A stretch of DNA of 64,000 nt from an uncultured Planctomycetia bacterium. GTDB lineage: Bacteria > Omnitrophota > Gorgyraeia > 2-02-FULL-51-18. Every line of letters begins with the position of its first letter. The stretch's first letter is position 1. Positions 9,561-20,019 of the stretch are shown piece after piece. The notes beneath the pieces are model-generated. The model did no database searches and was not told the origin of the DNA. It saw only the letters and a list, made by a program, of their open reading frames with translations. The stretch is taken from positions 228,204-292,203 of the forward strand of contig CAZXLF010000003.1 of NCBI GenBank assembly GCA_964642015.1, written 5' to 3'. The position numbers and the translations under genes were made by a program.

Positions 9561-10869
9561 TTTGCCCTCTATTTCCGTCCAAAAGGTATAAAAGATCGGA
9601 TGGATTGATCGTGCCAACAATCTTATTGTTCTTGTCCTGGATAATAATAACCTCACATTTTGTTTCTTTGAATTTTTTCACCACATCGGCAACTGTCGCA
9701 TCTTTAGAGATCACACTAAAATCTTTCTTCGACACATCAACAGCCGGCTGATCTAATTCTTTCACGGTAAGATTGGGCACGGCCAGTTTTTCAAGCTTCC
9801 GTACATTAATGAGTCGGCGGTTGATGTACTCATAAAACTGTGTCGACAAGATCCTTTTGAAACTCACCGGTAAAGCCGCAATGGGTCGCCCCTCGATAAA
9901 ATCAAGATGAGATTTGAACGCGCAGGATTGTGAGCGTTGATCGATCGACAAAAGGTATCTCAATGAACTGTCCGGCACCATGTGCTCTTCGGCTTCCGGG
10001 ATCGCCGCAAGTGATGCCAACTCATACACATCTTCCATTGAGATCTGAAGATCTTTAAAACCTCTGCCGATCTGGAACGAAAGCGCTCCATCCTGGTCGC
10101 GATAAACCGGTGCATATTTCTCCAATGTGTCTATCGCATCGGCCAAAAACACTCCAAGCGCAACATCCGCGTTATATAAGATCCCCGCCATGATGAAAGC
10201 GGCATCATCCGATTGTCCAGGACCTAACCGATGGCGGATGTAAAAATAACGCTGTGTTTTCGGATCCACATATCCTTCCGTGTCCACGATCAACCCCTTC
10301 TTATGATACTCATCTATTTTATCCTCATGGGCATCGTGAGCCAATCTTTCACCGTCAAGATTCATATCGAGCATTGTCTTCACATCAATGATGTAACATC
10401 GACCGCCGCCTATTTTAGTCTGATAAAGTTTCTCGGCCTCTTTTCGAATATCCGGATTATCACGCAATCCTCCCATGTAAAGCCCGCGCAAAATGTCTCT
10501 GGCATTCACGCGGCGTTCCTGAAAAAGCCGTATTCCCAGGATGGGATCCCCTTTGGAATTCAATAATTTGTCATGTTTCTCGCCATTCATGGCAGCTGCC
10601 ACAAAATCCATGATGTCATCGATGATCGCCTGGCGTTTTTCTTTGACCTCTTCAGTGTTACGTTCAAGCGCCCGCACAACATCATCGATCGTTGTGTTCA
10701 CATAGGTCTTTTTATCAAAAACTCCTGAGCCGTTATGTGCCCGGCCTTCCAAAGATTGAATGAATAACAAATCCTGGATTTCGGGAGTGGTGTCGAGATG
10801 CTCGTATGAAGCGAGAACTTCGTAATCCGCCTGGATAAGCTCCTTCGGAGCTACTGAATGTAGATACAT
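9553..10869 (-). CDS. Uncharacterized 438-aa protein with C-terminal CBS domain
   Basis: No recognisable catalytic family. The C-terminal 60 aa (ATVADVVKKFKETKCEVIIIQDKNNKIVGTINPSDLLYLL) form a CBS motif. Translationally coupled to the GalT-like pair. Confidence 0.5.
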   Translation of the reverse strand: MYLHSVAPKELIQADYEVLASYEHLDTTPEIQDLLFIQSLEGRAHNGSGVFDKKTYVNTTIDDVVRALERNTEEVKEKRQAIIDDIMDFVAAAMNGEKHDKLLNSKGDPILGIRLFQERRVNARDILRGLYMGGLRDNPDIRKEAEKLYQTKIGGGRCYIIDVKTMLDMNLDGERLAHDAHEDKIDEYHKKGLIVDTEGYVDPKTQRYFYIRHRLGPGQSDDAAFIMAGILYNADVALGVFLADAIDTLEKYAPVYRDQDGALSFQIGRGFKDLQISMEDVYELASLAAIPEAEEHMVPDSSLRYLLSIDQRSQSCAFKSHLDFIEGRPIAALPVSFKRILSTQFYEYINRRLINVRKLEKLAVPNLTVKELDQPAVDVSKKDFSVISKDATVADVVKKFKETKCEVIIIQDKNNKIVGTINPSDLLYLLDGNRGQNA

Positions 10870-10898
10870 AAGCCGCTAATTATAACATGGGTGTCTTT

Positions 10899-11837
10899 TT
10901 ATTCAAGAACTTGGCCTTCTTTTAAAACAAAACCTTTCAAAAATTCATGGACATCCAGAGGTTTTTTTCCCTCAAGCTGCAATTGCTTCACGGAGATCAC
11001 CCCATCCTTTGTGACGACATCTATGCCATTCTGCTGAGAAGAACGCAGAATCGTGCCATCCGGAACATTGGCAGGCCTCTGTTCGCCGGTCTGCACTGCG
11101 CCCAATATCAGCAATCTCTTACCTTCATAAAACGCGTATGATTTCGGCCAAGATTTAAGCGCGCGGATGTGATTAACGACCTGCGCGGCTGGACGGCTCC
11201 ATAAAATGTGACCGTCTTCTTTAGTGATCTTCCTGGCATAACTGGCATGTTCTTCTTTTTGGGGCGCAAAAACAGCCTTGCCGCGCTCTATTTGCGCGAT
11301 CGCATCAAGAAGCGCCTGCGCTCCGAGCTCGCTTAACTTTCTTTCAAGAGACACAATATCATCTTCGGGCATGATCGGCGTTTTTTTCTGCAATAAAATA
11401 TCTCCTGTGTCCAATTTTTCTGTCATCCGCATGATGGTAACACCCGTTTCCGGATCCCCATTCATCATTGCCCAATGAATAGGTGCGGCTCCGCGGTAAC
11501 GCGGCAGCAAAGATGAATGCACATTCAATGCGGTGATCTTCGGAACTTCAAGCAATTCCCTGCTTAAAATAAGACCGAAAGAAATGACGACGAAAATATC
11601 CGCGCCAAAACTACGCAGCGTCGCCGGCAAATGTTCAGGATTTTTTTTAGCTATCTCAAGATAAGGCAGGTCATTTTTTTGAGCCCATGCTTTGACAGGA
11701 GAAGCTTTGAACTTGAGCTCGCGCCCTTGCGGTTTGTCAGGCGTGGTGACAATGCTTAATAACTGATGCGTGCTTTGCTTCAAAGCATCCAACGACAGAA
11801 TGCCGAAAGAACTTGTTCCAAAAAAAATTATTTTCAT
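10899..11837 (-). CDS. fmt: Methionyl-tRNA formyltransferase
   Basis: MKIIFFGTSSFG and the HSSLLPRYRGAAPIHWA formyltransferase SLLP motif. Start placed at the internal Met. Confidence 0.9.
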   Translation of the reverse strand: MKIIFFGTSSFGILSLDALKQSTHQLLSIVTTPDKPQGRELKFKASPVKAWAQKNDLPYLEIAKKNPEHLPATLRSFGADIFVVISFGLILSRELLEVPKITALNVHSSLLPRYRGAAPIHWAMMNGDPETGVTIMRMTEKLDTGDILLQKKTPIMPEDDIVSLERKLSELGAQALLDAIAQIERGKAVFAPQKEEHASYARKITKEDGHILWSRPAAQVVNHIRALKSWPKSYAFYEGKRLLILGAVQTGEQRPANVPDGTILRSSQQNGIDVVTKDGVISVKQLQLEGKKPLDVHEFLKGFVLKEGQVLE

Positions 11838-11886
11838 AGATGCCCTCTTGGTCGGACCCCGCAAGGAATCGAGGGAAAAACGGATT

Positions 11887-12393
11887 TCATGCCTTTTTGG
11901 CGAGAGATTTTTTTGAAAGTCTTTTACGGGTTATCTTGCTCTTTAAAAGTCCCAGGCGATCAATAAAAAGAATGCCGTCCAGATGATCGATCTCGTGCTG
12001 GAAAATACGGGATAACAGCCCTTCCGCTTTGATCTCCACACTTTTTCCGTCAAGCGTCATCGCTTTCATCCATACGGTTTTGGAGCGTTTAACGGGCTCA
12101 TAGAATTCTGGGACGCTGAGGCAGCCCTCAAATTCCTTGATCACACCTTCTTTCTTCATGATCTTCGGATTGAAGTAAACCTGCTCATTGCCTTTGATCT
12201 GATCGTGACTGGCCACAAAAATACGCTTCAAGATCCCTACCTGATTCGCGGCAAGGCCGACACCATTTTCAGCGTACATGGTCTCGATCATGTTCTTGAC
12301 CAATTTCCTGTCTTCGGCGGTGATATGACTCACCTCGGACGCGCGGGTTTTTAGGATATTATTCGGAAATTTTAACACGGGTAAAATGGCCAT
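11887..12393 (-). CDS. def: Peptide deformylase
   Basis: GVGLAANQVG, EGCLSVP and HEIDHLDG are the three PDF motifs. An AGGAG SD lies 4 nt upstream. Confidence 0.93.
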   Translation of the reverse strand: MAILPVLKFPNNILKTRASEVSHITAEDRKLVKNMIETMYAENGVGLAANQVGILKRIFVASHDQIKGNEQVYFNPKIMKKEGVIKEFEGCLSVPEFYEPVKRSKTVWMKAMTLDGKSVEIKAEGLLSRIFQHEIDHLDGILFIDRLGLLKSKITRKRLSKKSLAKKA

Positions 12394-12442
12394 TTTAAAC
12401 TCCTAAAAGCAGTTCTTTTGGGGCATTATGTTAACAAAAATC

Positions 12443-14437
12443 CTACTGCGGGTCTACATCAACGGTGACGAGTACTTTTTTCAACTTGATCTCCTGCAAA
12501 GCCGGTTTCAGAACCGCGTTGATCGCTTCAACAGTAGCTCCTCTTAAGTAAAAATTCCACTTAAAATGCCCCCGTTCTTTCGAGATGATACACGGTGCCG
12601 GCCCGAGGATCTTATATTGTTCAGGGTCTATTTTTGATCCGATGAATTTGGAAGCCGAAAGAATCTGCCGGACAACTTCCTTCTCATTGGCCCCCGACAT
12701 TACAATTCTCACTAAATGCGAGCAAGGCGGCATTATCAGTTCTTTCCGATAGACCATTTCCTTTTCGTAAAACTCGATATAATCATGGTCTTTTGCGCTT
12801 TGAATAGAATAATGATGCGACACATAAGTCTGTATAATCACTTTGCCCGGGATATCTCCTCGCCCTGCGCGGCCCGCAACCTGAGTCAGGAGATCAAATG
12901 TCCTTTCGGCGGCCCTAAAGTCCGGCAAATGAAGCGCTGTGTCAGCTGAAATGACTCCGATCAGCGAGACGTTCGGAAAATCATGGCCTTTGGTGATCAT
13001 CTGCGTGCCTATCAGAATGTCGATCTGCCGTTCTTTGAACGCGTTCAAAATATTCTCGTGTGAATCTTTACGCGAGGTAGAATCCGAATCCATCCGTCCG
13101 ATACGCGCACCCAAAAAAAGCTTTGCCGCTTCACTTTCGACCTTCTGCGTGCCGATCCCGAAATAATGGAGATAATTTTTCTGGCAACCCGGACAAAGCC
13201 GCTGCGGACTTGAACGAAAATGACACACATGGCAGAACAAAACGCCCTTATCATAATGATAGGCCAAACTGATCCTGCAGTTAGGACATGTCATCACGTA
13301 TCCGCAGGACGAGCAATGCAGATAGGTGGAAAACCCGCGGCGGTTCAAAAAAAGTATCACCTGCTCTTTTTTAGCCAGGCTTTCTTTGATATTATTCTCA
13401 AGGATGTTTGAAAAAATTTTCGGTGCTTTGCCGTAGATCTGACGGCGCATATCAACTATTTCAACCTCAGGCAGAGGTCTTTTTTCAATTCTTTCAGGCA
13501 GACTGATCTTTTGGGTCTGACCCATTTCACATTCATGATAGGATTCAAGCGAAGGCGTGGCGCTTCCCATTACAAGAACAGCGCCCTCAAGTTCAGCGCG
13601 TTTTGTAGCAACACTGCGCGTTTCGTAACGCGGCGTCTCCTCCTGTTTATAAGAAGTGTCATGCTCTTCGTCGATAACGATCAGTGATAAATTTTTAACG
13701 GGACTAAAAATCGCTGAGCGCGCTCCAACTACGACTTTCGCCTCGCCTTTTCGTATTCGATGCCATTCCTCGACACGGTGCGCCTGTGAAAGACGGCTGT
13801 GGATCACTGCGAGGCAGTCCCCGAATCTGGAATGGAACCGCTCCACTGCCTGAGGCGTCAAAGAGATCTCCGGAACAAGAACGATGCTGCCTCGATCTTC
13901 TTTGATCATTTCGCCGATCAGGCGCATATAAACTTCTGTTTTTCCGCTTCCGGTGATGCCGTGTAAAAGAAATTTAGCGTAGCGATGCAACTTTAGTGAA
14001 GTTCCTATTTTTTGAAAAGCGTCGTTTTGGTGAGCGGTCAATTGAAAACCGTTTGAGATCGCCGGATTCGTCTGAATCACTTTTTTTTTGGAACGTGCTT
14101 TCATGAAAAATTTACCCTTCTTGAACGGCGCAGGAAGCGCAGCTTCAATCGCCTGTCCCCATGAACAAAAATAATAATCCGACATCCAGCGGGCAAGCTG
14201 TAAAAACTGAGGCGTCAGGATCGGAAGCTCGTCTATGACGGATTCGATATCGCGCACTTCGGCTGCGGCTCTCTCAAGACTAAAATCCACGACATATCCC
14301 ACCATCGCGCGCGTACGGACAGAAACGAATACGCGTTTACCTATTTCGACTTTCTCTTTTAGAGGTTCAGGGATGGAATATTGAAAGGTACGCTGTGAAG
14401 GAAAAGCCAACGCGATCTCAGCGAACCGGTCCGGCAT
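12443..14437 (-). CDS. priA: Primosomal protein N' (replication restart helicase)
   Basis: Walker A HGITGSGKTEVY, DEEHD, and Cys-rich Zn fingers (CSSCGYVMTCPNC, CHVCHF, CPGCQ). Size is 664 aa. Confidence 0.9.
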   Translation of the reverse strand: MPDRFAEIALAFPSQRTFQYSIPEPLKEKVEIGKRVFVSVRTRAMVGYVVDFSLERAAAEVRDIESVIDELPILTPQFLQLARWMSDYYFCSWGQAIEAALPAPFKKGKFFMKARSKKKVIQTNPAISNGFQLTAHQNDAFQKIGTSLKLHRYAKFLLHGITGSGKTEVYMRLIGEMIKEDRGSIVLVPEISLTPQAVERFHSRFGDCLAVIHSRLSQAHRVEEWHRIRKGEAKVVVGARSAIFSPVKNLSLIVIDEEHDTSYKQEETPRYETRSVATKRAELEGAVLVMGSATPSLESYHECEMGQTQKISLPERIEKRPLPEVEIVDMRRQIYGKAPKIFSNILENNIKESLAKKEQVILFLNRRGFSTYLHCSSCGYVMTCPNCRISLAYHYDKGVLFCHVCHFRSSPQRLCPGCQKNYLHYFGIGTQKVESEAAKLFLGARIGRMDSDSTSRKDSHENILNAFKERQIDILIGTQMITKGHDFPNVSLIGVISADTALHLPDFRAAERTFDLLTQVAGRAGRGDIPGKVIIQTYVSHHYSIQSAKDHDYIEFYEKEMVYRKELIMPPCSHLVRIVMSGANEKEVVRQILSASKFIGSKIDPEQYKILGPAPCIISKERGHFKWNFYLRGATVEAINAVLKPALQEIKLKKVLVTVDVDPQ

Positions 14438-14442
14438 AAAAA

Positions 14443-15135
14443 TTATAAAATCCCGAGTTCCTTCATGATCAGCTGCGCATCCTGCCAGACGAGCTTCTTA
14501 TCGTCCGGGTTCCTTAAAAGGTACGCCGGATGGAAAGTGGGCATGAATTTTATTCCGTGCCAGTCAAAAAATTTTCCACGAAGACGTGAGATCGGCTCCT
14601 CTGTGCGTAGCAGAGTTTGTGCGGCGAATTTTCCCAACGCGCAAATAACTTGAGGCTTAATGATCTCGATCTGTCTCATCAGGATCGGCTGGCAAGTTAC
14701 GATCTCCGTCGGCAAAGGATTGCGGTTGTTGGGCGGGCGGCATTTGAGGCAATTCGCGATATAAACATCCTCTCTTTTAAGTTTCATCGCAATAATGATC
14801 TTTGTTAAAAGCTGACCCGCGGCTCCGACGAACGGCTGTCCTTGTTGGTCTTCATCAAATCCCGGCGCTTCACCGACGAACATCAGCCTGGCATCCGGAT
14901 TACCGCTTCCAAAAACAAGCTTTGTTCTTGTATTAGACAGTTCACACATAACACAATTCTGATATTCTTTCCTCAACACCTCTAACAAATTTTTTTTGTC
15001 ACTCAACGCCGGAGAATTTGACTGAGCTGTGGGAACTTGAGACGGATCTTTAAAAGTCTTGGGGATCTCCTTTAAACCGAAAGACCTTTCGGTTTCAAGA
15101 AATTGCTTTATCTGTTTATCCAAAGTATCGGTCAT
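14443..15135 (-). CDS. Uracil-DNA glycosylase, family 4
   Basis: CVMCELS and [27 protein letters not shown] are canonical family-4 UDG motifs. Confidence 0.85.
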   Translation of the reverse strand: MTDTLDKQIKQFLETERSFGLKEIPKTFKDPSQVPTAQSNSPALSDKKNLLEVLRKEYQNCVMCELSNTRTKLVFGSGNPDARLMFVGEAPGFDEDQQGQPFVGAAGQLLTKIIIAMKLKREDVYIANCLKCRPPNNRNPLPTEIVTCQPILMRQIEIIKPQVICALGKFAAQTLLRTEEPISRLRGKFFDWHGIKFMPTFHPAYLLRNPDDKKLVWQDAQLIMKELGIL

Positions 15136-16262
15136 GTTGTGTAACGAGAAACCAGTTGCGAAATTTTTTTGGCAGCATCGGGCTTGGACATTCGAAGTAC
15201 ACCTTGCCTCATTGATTCCAATTGCTGAGGAGACTCCGCAAGCATCGATATTTGCCGCGCGATCTCGTCCAATGAACCGGCAATAAATCCTGCTCCATAT
15301 TTTTTAACACAATCGGCGTTTCTGGTCTCTTGCCCGGGAATCGAATCAAAAAGAATTATAGGTTTACCCTGCGAAAAGCTTTCCGTGATCGTCAAGCCGC
15401 CACCCTTACCTATTACCACATCGCAGGCAGCCATCAATTCATTCATGTTATTCACGAAGCCATACACTTTAAGCAGAGGCTGCTTTTGCGCTCTTTGTTC
15501 TAAATGCTCAAAAAGGTTTTGGTTCGTACCGCAAACCGCAAGAATTTGTACAGGCTTGTTAAGCTCAAGCAGTTTTTTTACCATATTTTCCATCGCGCCT
15601 ATCCCCGCACCGCCACTCGTGATCAGTATCGTGAACGCTGAGAGATCAAGCGACAATTTTGAGCGCGCTTCTTCCAAGGAAAGACCTGTTAAAAATTTTT
15701 TTTCAACCGGTATTCCCAAGACCTCTATCTTTTCCGCAGGTATGCCGAGTTTTACAAGTCCTATCTTGGTTTCCGGAAGTGCCACCACATAAGAGTCGAC
15801 TTCAGCCGCCGTCCAAAAATGATGTGGTAAGTAATCGGTAACCACGGTTATCAACCTTGATTTTATCCACCCCTTGCTTTTTAAAAAACTCACGATCTCC
15901 GTAGCCAAAAAGTGCGTCGAAATAATAACGGAAGGGTGTTCTTTTTGAATGAATCGTTGAAGCGGCCGGCCGGCCGTGCCGTTGATAAATCTTCTCAGGC
16001 GCCGCATCAACGCGTAAACCAGCGGGATATCCATTCCGAAATAAAAAAAGCCCCAAAGCCACGGCAGATATTTTATCTGGGTATAATAAACTTTACGATA
16101 TAAATGCCCCCAGAAAGGCGGAATGATCTCAAGCGTATCGAATGATCCCGCCAAGGTACCGGGCGCCAACTCCTGATAAGCTTCCCCTATCGCCTTGGCG
16201 GCTTTTTCATGCCCATGGCCGGCGGAAGCAAACAAGATCAGGACCTTTTTTTCACGATCCAT
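15132..16262 (-). CDS. Diacylglycerol glycosyltransferase (MGDG-synthase/UgtP-like, GT28)
   Basis: VLILFASAGHGHEKAAKAIGEA is the MGDG-synthase N-domain signature. C-terminal GT28 domain. Size is 376 aa. Confidence 0.7.
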   Translation of the reverse strand: MDREKKVLILFASAGHGHEKAAKAIGEAYQELAPGTLAGSFDTLEIIPPFWGHLYRKVYYTQIKYLPWLWGFFYFGMDIPLVYALMRRLRRFINGTAGRPLQRFIQKEHPSVIISTHFLATEIVSFLKSKGWIKSRLITVVTDYLPHHFWTAAEVDSYVVALPETKIGLVKLGIPAEKIEVLGIPVEKKFLTGLSLEEARSKLSLDLSAFTILITSGGAGIGAMENMVKKLLELNKPVQILAVCGTNQNLFEHLEQRAQKQPLLKVYGFVNNMNELMAACDVVIGKGGGLTITESFSQGKPIILFDSIPGQETRNADCVKKYGAGFIAGSLDEIARQISMLAESPQQLESMRQGVLRMSKPDAAKKISQLVSRYTT

Positions 16263-16843
16263 CGCGTGGCCTCCAATAAATTCTTTTTTACCATATCAGG
16301 TTTCGGTTCAAAATTCTTGAGATCCTTTTTTTTAGTCCTACCGGAGAGTACGAGCATTGACTGGCAGCCGAGATTTTTTGCGGCCTGCACGTCTTCTTTG
16401 GAATCGCCAATGAAAAAAACTTCCCTCAGATCAAACCGCCTGCCACGCAACGCCTTTTTAAAAAGAACCACATTAGGTTTTTTGCATTGGCACCGATCAC
16501 TCGTTTGATGAGGGCAATAATAAACTCCGTGTATCTCCGCGCCTACCTTGCCCATTTCCCGGAACATCTTTTCGGTGATCCTGGACAATTCTCTCAACGT
16601 AATATATTCGTGAGATATGCATCCCTGATTAGAGATCACGTTCACTTCAAAGCCGGCTTGATTCAAATGTTTCACGGCATGAGCAGCGCCGGATAAACAT
16701 TGAAAATCCTCAAGCCGCGTCAAATAAAAACCTACGCCCGGAAAACGGTTAATGACTCCGTCGCGGTCAATGAAGACGATCTTTTTTAGAGGTCTTTTCG
16801 GACGGTTTTTAACAATGATCGGTCTGAGTTTCTGCTTCAGCAT
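16238..16843 (-). CDS. gmhB: D-glycero-D-manno-heptose 1,7-bisphosphate phosphatase (HAD, histidinol-phosphatase-like)
   Basis: IVFIDRDGVIN HAD motif I, the Zn-binding CPHQTSDRCQCKKP typical of GmhB, and FFIGDSKEDVQAA motif. Confidence 0.85.
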   Translation of the reverse strand: MLKQKLRPIIVKNRPKRPLKKIVFIDRDGVINRFPGVGFYLTRLEDFQCLSGAAHAVKHLNQAGFEVNVISNQGCISHEYITLRELSRITEKMFREMGKVGAEIHGVYYCPHQTSDRCQCKKPNVVLFKKALRGRRFDLREVFFIGDSKEDVQAAKNLGCQSMLVLSGRTKKKDLKNFEPKPDMVKKNLLEATRWIVKKRS

Positions 16844-17862
16844 TTCACAAGGCCTTGCATCACTTCTTTTGCGGCGGAAAATATCACTTCAGCGCTCATG
16901 TCCTTCATGCATTGTTCATCGATCGGACAGATCTTTTTATAACAAGGCGCGCATTCGATTTCAGAAACGATCTTTCTTCCCCGCCCGTAAAGCTCTATTT
17001 CTGAGGCGCAAGTGGAGGCAAAATAAGCCACAACGGGTACTTTGACCGCGATCGCAATATGCATCGCCGTCGTATCACCGGACACAATGATGTCGCATGC
17101 CTGAACGATCGCCGCGAAATCCTGAATTGAATGGCTTCCGGTGTTTATCACGGGATATTTTGAGAGCCGCGCGATCTCGGCATTTCTTTGGATCTCATCC
17201 TGACCGCCCAAAAGAAACACCGTCGCACCCATTTCTTTGGAAAATTTGGCGATCAATTCCAAAAACGTCGAAATAGGCAGTCTTTTGCCTGCGAAACGCT
17301 TACCACTGCCTGTGTTAAGACCAACGATCAATTCGACACCTTTCAGATCCGCGCCCAAACTGCTCAAATGTTTTTCAATGCGCTCCGAACTTTCTTGACT
17401 AACCTCAAAAATATACTCCTCTTTCTGGAACTTTAGTCCAAGCTGCTCGAATGCGATCTCCTGATATGTCTTTTTGTTTTGTCTAAATTTCAACTTATCG
17501 TCAATGCCCAGGCGGTAAGCATAATCACTTAAAGCGTCAAGCGCACACAAATCCCCGCTTTTAGACCTCCCAAACCCCATGCGTTTTTTGGATGGAATGG
17601 TCATAATCGCATCAAGCGCTTCGGGCTCTTTATCCAAATTCACGGACAGGTCAAATTCCTGCTTCTTTAATTCCGCTATATTTGCGAGTGAACAATCTAT
17701 AAGAGAATCGATCAACGGATTTTTTTCAAGCACAGGTCTGCACGGGGCTTCCACAAGCCAGTGGATACGTGAATCGGGATATTTTTTTTTAAGCTGAGTC
17801 AGTAACGGTGTCGTGCGCAACACGTCTCCCATCGCGCCAAGCTTGACGATCAGGATCTTCAT
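16837..17862 (-). CDS. ADP-heptose:LPS heptosyltransferase (GT9)
   Basis: MKILIVKLGAMGDVLRTTPLL GT9 N-terminus and C-terminal GDTTAMHIAIA. Start placed at the internal Met (ATGA overlap with the next gene); the ORF track extends to 17919. Confidence 0.8.
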   Translation of the reverse strand: MKILIVKLGAMGDVLRTTPLLTQLKKKYPDSRIHWLVEAPCRPVLEKNPLIDSLIDCSLANIAELKKQEFDLSVNLDKEPEALDAIMTIPSKKRMGFGRSKSGDLCALDALSDYAYRLGIDDKLKFRQNKKTYQEIAFEQLGLKFQKEEYIFEVSQESSERIEKHLSSLGADLKGVELIVGLNTGSGKRFAGKRLPISTFLELIAKFSKEMGATVFLLGGQDEIQRNAEIARLSKYPVINTGSHSIQDFAAIVQACDIIVSGDTTAMHIAIAVKVPVVAYFASTCASEIELYGRGRKIVSEIECAPCYKKICPIDEQCMKDMSAEVIFSAAKEVMQGLVKC

Positions 17863-18644
17863 GCGGATTTGGCCTCGGATACTTCCCAATATTTCACCCA
17901 GTTCAAGAAATGCACCCATGCAAAAAGAACAGAGAACATAAAACCATAGATCCCGTCCAAAAAACCTTTCTTCCTGATGTAAAATTTAAAAAAACGCTTG
18001 AGCGGTTTCTCCTTCAAATTATACCAGACCTCTTTCTCCGGCAAACGCCCCGCTTCCTCAAATTTTGCCTTCCCTTCCCTTGTTGAATACCCGTTGTGGC
18101 GGTTCACGAATTGCTTGATCGAAGCGAACGGGTAATGTTCTACCGGGGCCTCGAGTTTTCCGATCGAGCCGTCAACGATCAATGTCTCATGGATCACACC
18201 TTCGTAATGTGCTTTGTCCTTCCTAAAAAAATGCAGACTATAATGATACCAGCCGCCGTGACACATCCAATGCCCTAGAAAAAAATTTTTCTTTCGGAAT
18301 TCGAACGCGCTATGTGGAGTGCCGTTCTCCATGATTTTAAGGACCGCTTTTTTAAACTCCGGTGTCGCTCGCTCATCCGGGTCGATGTGAAAGCACCAAT
18401 CAGAGCTCACCTTGCTGATGCCTAGGTTTCTTTCAGTGCAAAAACGGTAGCCGTCCCACCGGTTCTGAAATATACGATCTGTATAACGTTTACAGATTTC
18501 AATGGTCCGGTCCGTGCTGAATCCGTCAATCACGACGATCTCATCGACCCATCCGGCAACACTTTTCAGCGTGCCCTCGATCAGATCCTCGCAATTTTTT
18601 GTCATAATAACCGCCGAGACTGTTTCGCATTTTTTTGGTTCCAT
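17859..18644 (-). CDS. GT2 glycosyltransferase, WaaE/KdtX-like (paralog 1 of 3)
   Basis: VSAVIMTKNCEDLIEGTLKSVAGWVDEIVVIDGFSTDRTIEI, HIDPDE DxD motif and a C-terminal YWE motif shared with ORFs 22780-23568 and 34645-35424. Confidence 0.75.
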   Translation of the reverse strand: MEPKKCETVSAVIMTKNCEDLIEGTLKSVAGWVDEIVVIDGFSTDRTIEICKRYTDRIFQNRWDGYRFCTERNLGISKVSSDWCFHIDPDERATPEFKKAVLKIMENGTPHSAFEFRKKNFFLGHWMCHGGWYHYSLHFFRKDKAHYEGVIHETLIVDGSIGKLEAPVEHYPFASIKQFVNRHNGYSTREGKAKFEEAGRLPEKEVWYNLKEKPLKRFFKFYIRKKGFLDGIYGFMFSVLFAWVHFLNWVKYWEVSEAKSA

Positions 18645-18647
18645 GGT

Positions 18648-20006
18648 TCACGCTTCTTCTGCGCTTTTTAACTTAAATATAAAAAGAGCTGATAAATAAA
18701 CCGCCCAGGCGCCTATGTATAAAAATGAAAGCCGTTTAAAATAAGCCAAAACACCGGCCATCGAATAAAGCAAAAGCGCAAGAGGCGATAACGGCACCTG
18801 GCTCAGGATCAGGAACGGCATGGCCCAAGAAAAATGATGCCCGTAAAACGGGATCGCGTAACTCGCATAAAGGGCAAGGAACATCCAAAGAGCGACCCGG
18901 AATATAAAAACTGGATTGACCTTAGGGCGAAGCCAAAGATAGACCAAAGCGGAAAGCGCGTTGACAGCAAAAAAGATCATGAAACCTTTTTCCACTTGGG
19001 TCGTGCTTATCAAAAACCCTAACTTATGTAATAAACTATAAAAAGCGTAAGGGACTGAATTCGTATAAAACCAACCCTTGAAAGTCGAAAAATACATCAA
19101 AGTGTCTCTGCCTATCCAAAAAGGCGCGTAACACGCGACTGTCAAGGCCAATACAGCGACAGCGCTCTTAAAAATATCCCAGATCTTATTTGTTTTTCCG
19201 GGCAGCGACTTCAAAAATAAAATACCCACAACGGCCAGCAAGATCAGTGAAGTGAACTTCACAAGCGCTCCCATGGCCGCCGCTGCCAGACTCATCGTCA
19301 TACTCTGATTCAACATGGCATAAATAGCTAAAAGCATCCAAAAAACCATGATGATGTCATTATGACCATCCACCAAATGGTGGCTCCAGATATTGGGATT
19401 AAGAATAAAAGCTTGTGTGAGCGTATGAGCTTTTTGCGGCGCCACAAGCAACGCGATCTTGAAGAATATAAAACCTGACGCGGTCAAAAAACCAAGAAGC
19501 ATGACCTTCTGCATAAAGCACGCCAACGCAATGCTCTGCCCGAAAAACGTCGGCATGATCCATTCTACAAGAGCCCAAGCCGGCCCGTAATTTTCAGGGG
19601 TATGAATCCACACGCTTTTGGAAAAAAATTTGTCAGATGGGAATTCGATTGACGCATGTGCGTAAGGATTTTTGTGATAAACGCCGAATATCCTTCCGCG
19701 GATCAGATATTCATATAAGTCTCCGGAGAATACCGGCGGAACGACGCAAAGTAAAAGTGCTATCGCAAGAAACATCAGCCAAAGCTTCTTCGGCATGATC
19801 TCTTCTGTTTTTCTCGTGATCAATAACGTATATGCGATGCCGAGATTCAAGAAGATCGCGTTGATGATCAAGCGCGCCAACGGTTTCTGCGGAGGCAAGT
19901 TCGAATCCCCGGCAACGTGCATCGCCCATGGAAAAAGACACATCAACGCAAGACTCAGACCGTAGTACACTGCGATGTTTTTCAGACGAAAACGGTTCGC
20001 GAGCAT
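18648..20006 (-). CDS. Polytopic membrane protein, putative GT-C superfamily glycosyltransferase (DUF2029/GT87-like)
   Basis: 452 aa, about 12 hydrophobic segments, first periplasmic loop SGDLYEYLIRGRIFG (acidic loop motif). Confidence 0.5.
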   Translation of the reverse strand: MLANRFRLKNIAVYYGLSLALMCLFPWAMHVAGDSNLPPQKPLARLIINAIFLNLGIAYTLLITRKTEEIMPKKLWLMFLAIALLLCVVPPVFSGDLYEYLIRGRIFGVYHKNPYAHASIEFPSDKFFSKSVWIHTPENYGPAWALVEWIMPTFFGQSIALACFMQKVMLLGFLTASGFIFFKIALLVAPQKAHTLTQAFILNPNIWSHHLVDGHNDIIMVFWMLLAIYAMLNQSMTMSLAAAAMGALVKFTSLILLAVVGILFLKSLPGKTNKIWDIFKSAVAVLALTVACYAPFWIGRDTLMYFSTFKGWFYTNSVPYAFYSLLHKLGFLISTTQVEKGFMIFFAVNALSALVYLWLRPKVNPVFIFRVALWMFLALYASYAIPFYGHHFSWAMPFLILSQVPLSPLALLLYSMAGVLAYFKRLSFLYIGAWAVYLSALFIFKLKSAEEA

Positions 20007-20019
20007 TACAGCCTTTCTA

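Noticed and set aside
8523-9656. Long N-terminal extensions reported by the ORF track (for example 9656, 6573, 17919, 34687, 35445 starts)
   Set aside because: The first 10-35 codons overlap upstream genes and lack homology. Internal Met codons align with the conserved N-termini of paralogs or family members (MPELRRDP vs MPQLRKDP; MRKILVIHG; MKILIVKLG; MKIAFF), so shorter coordinates were used.
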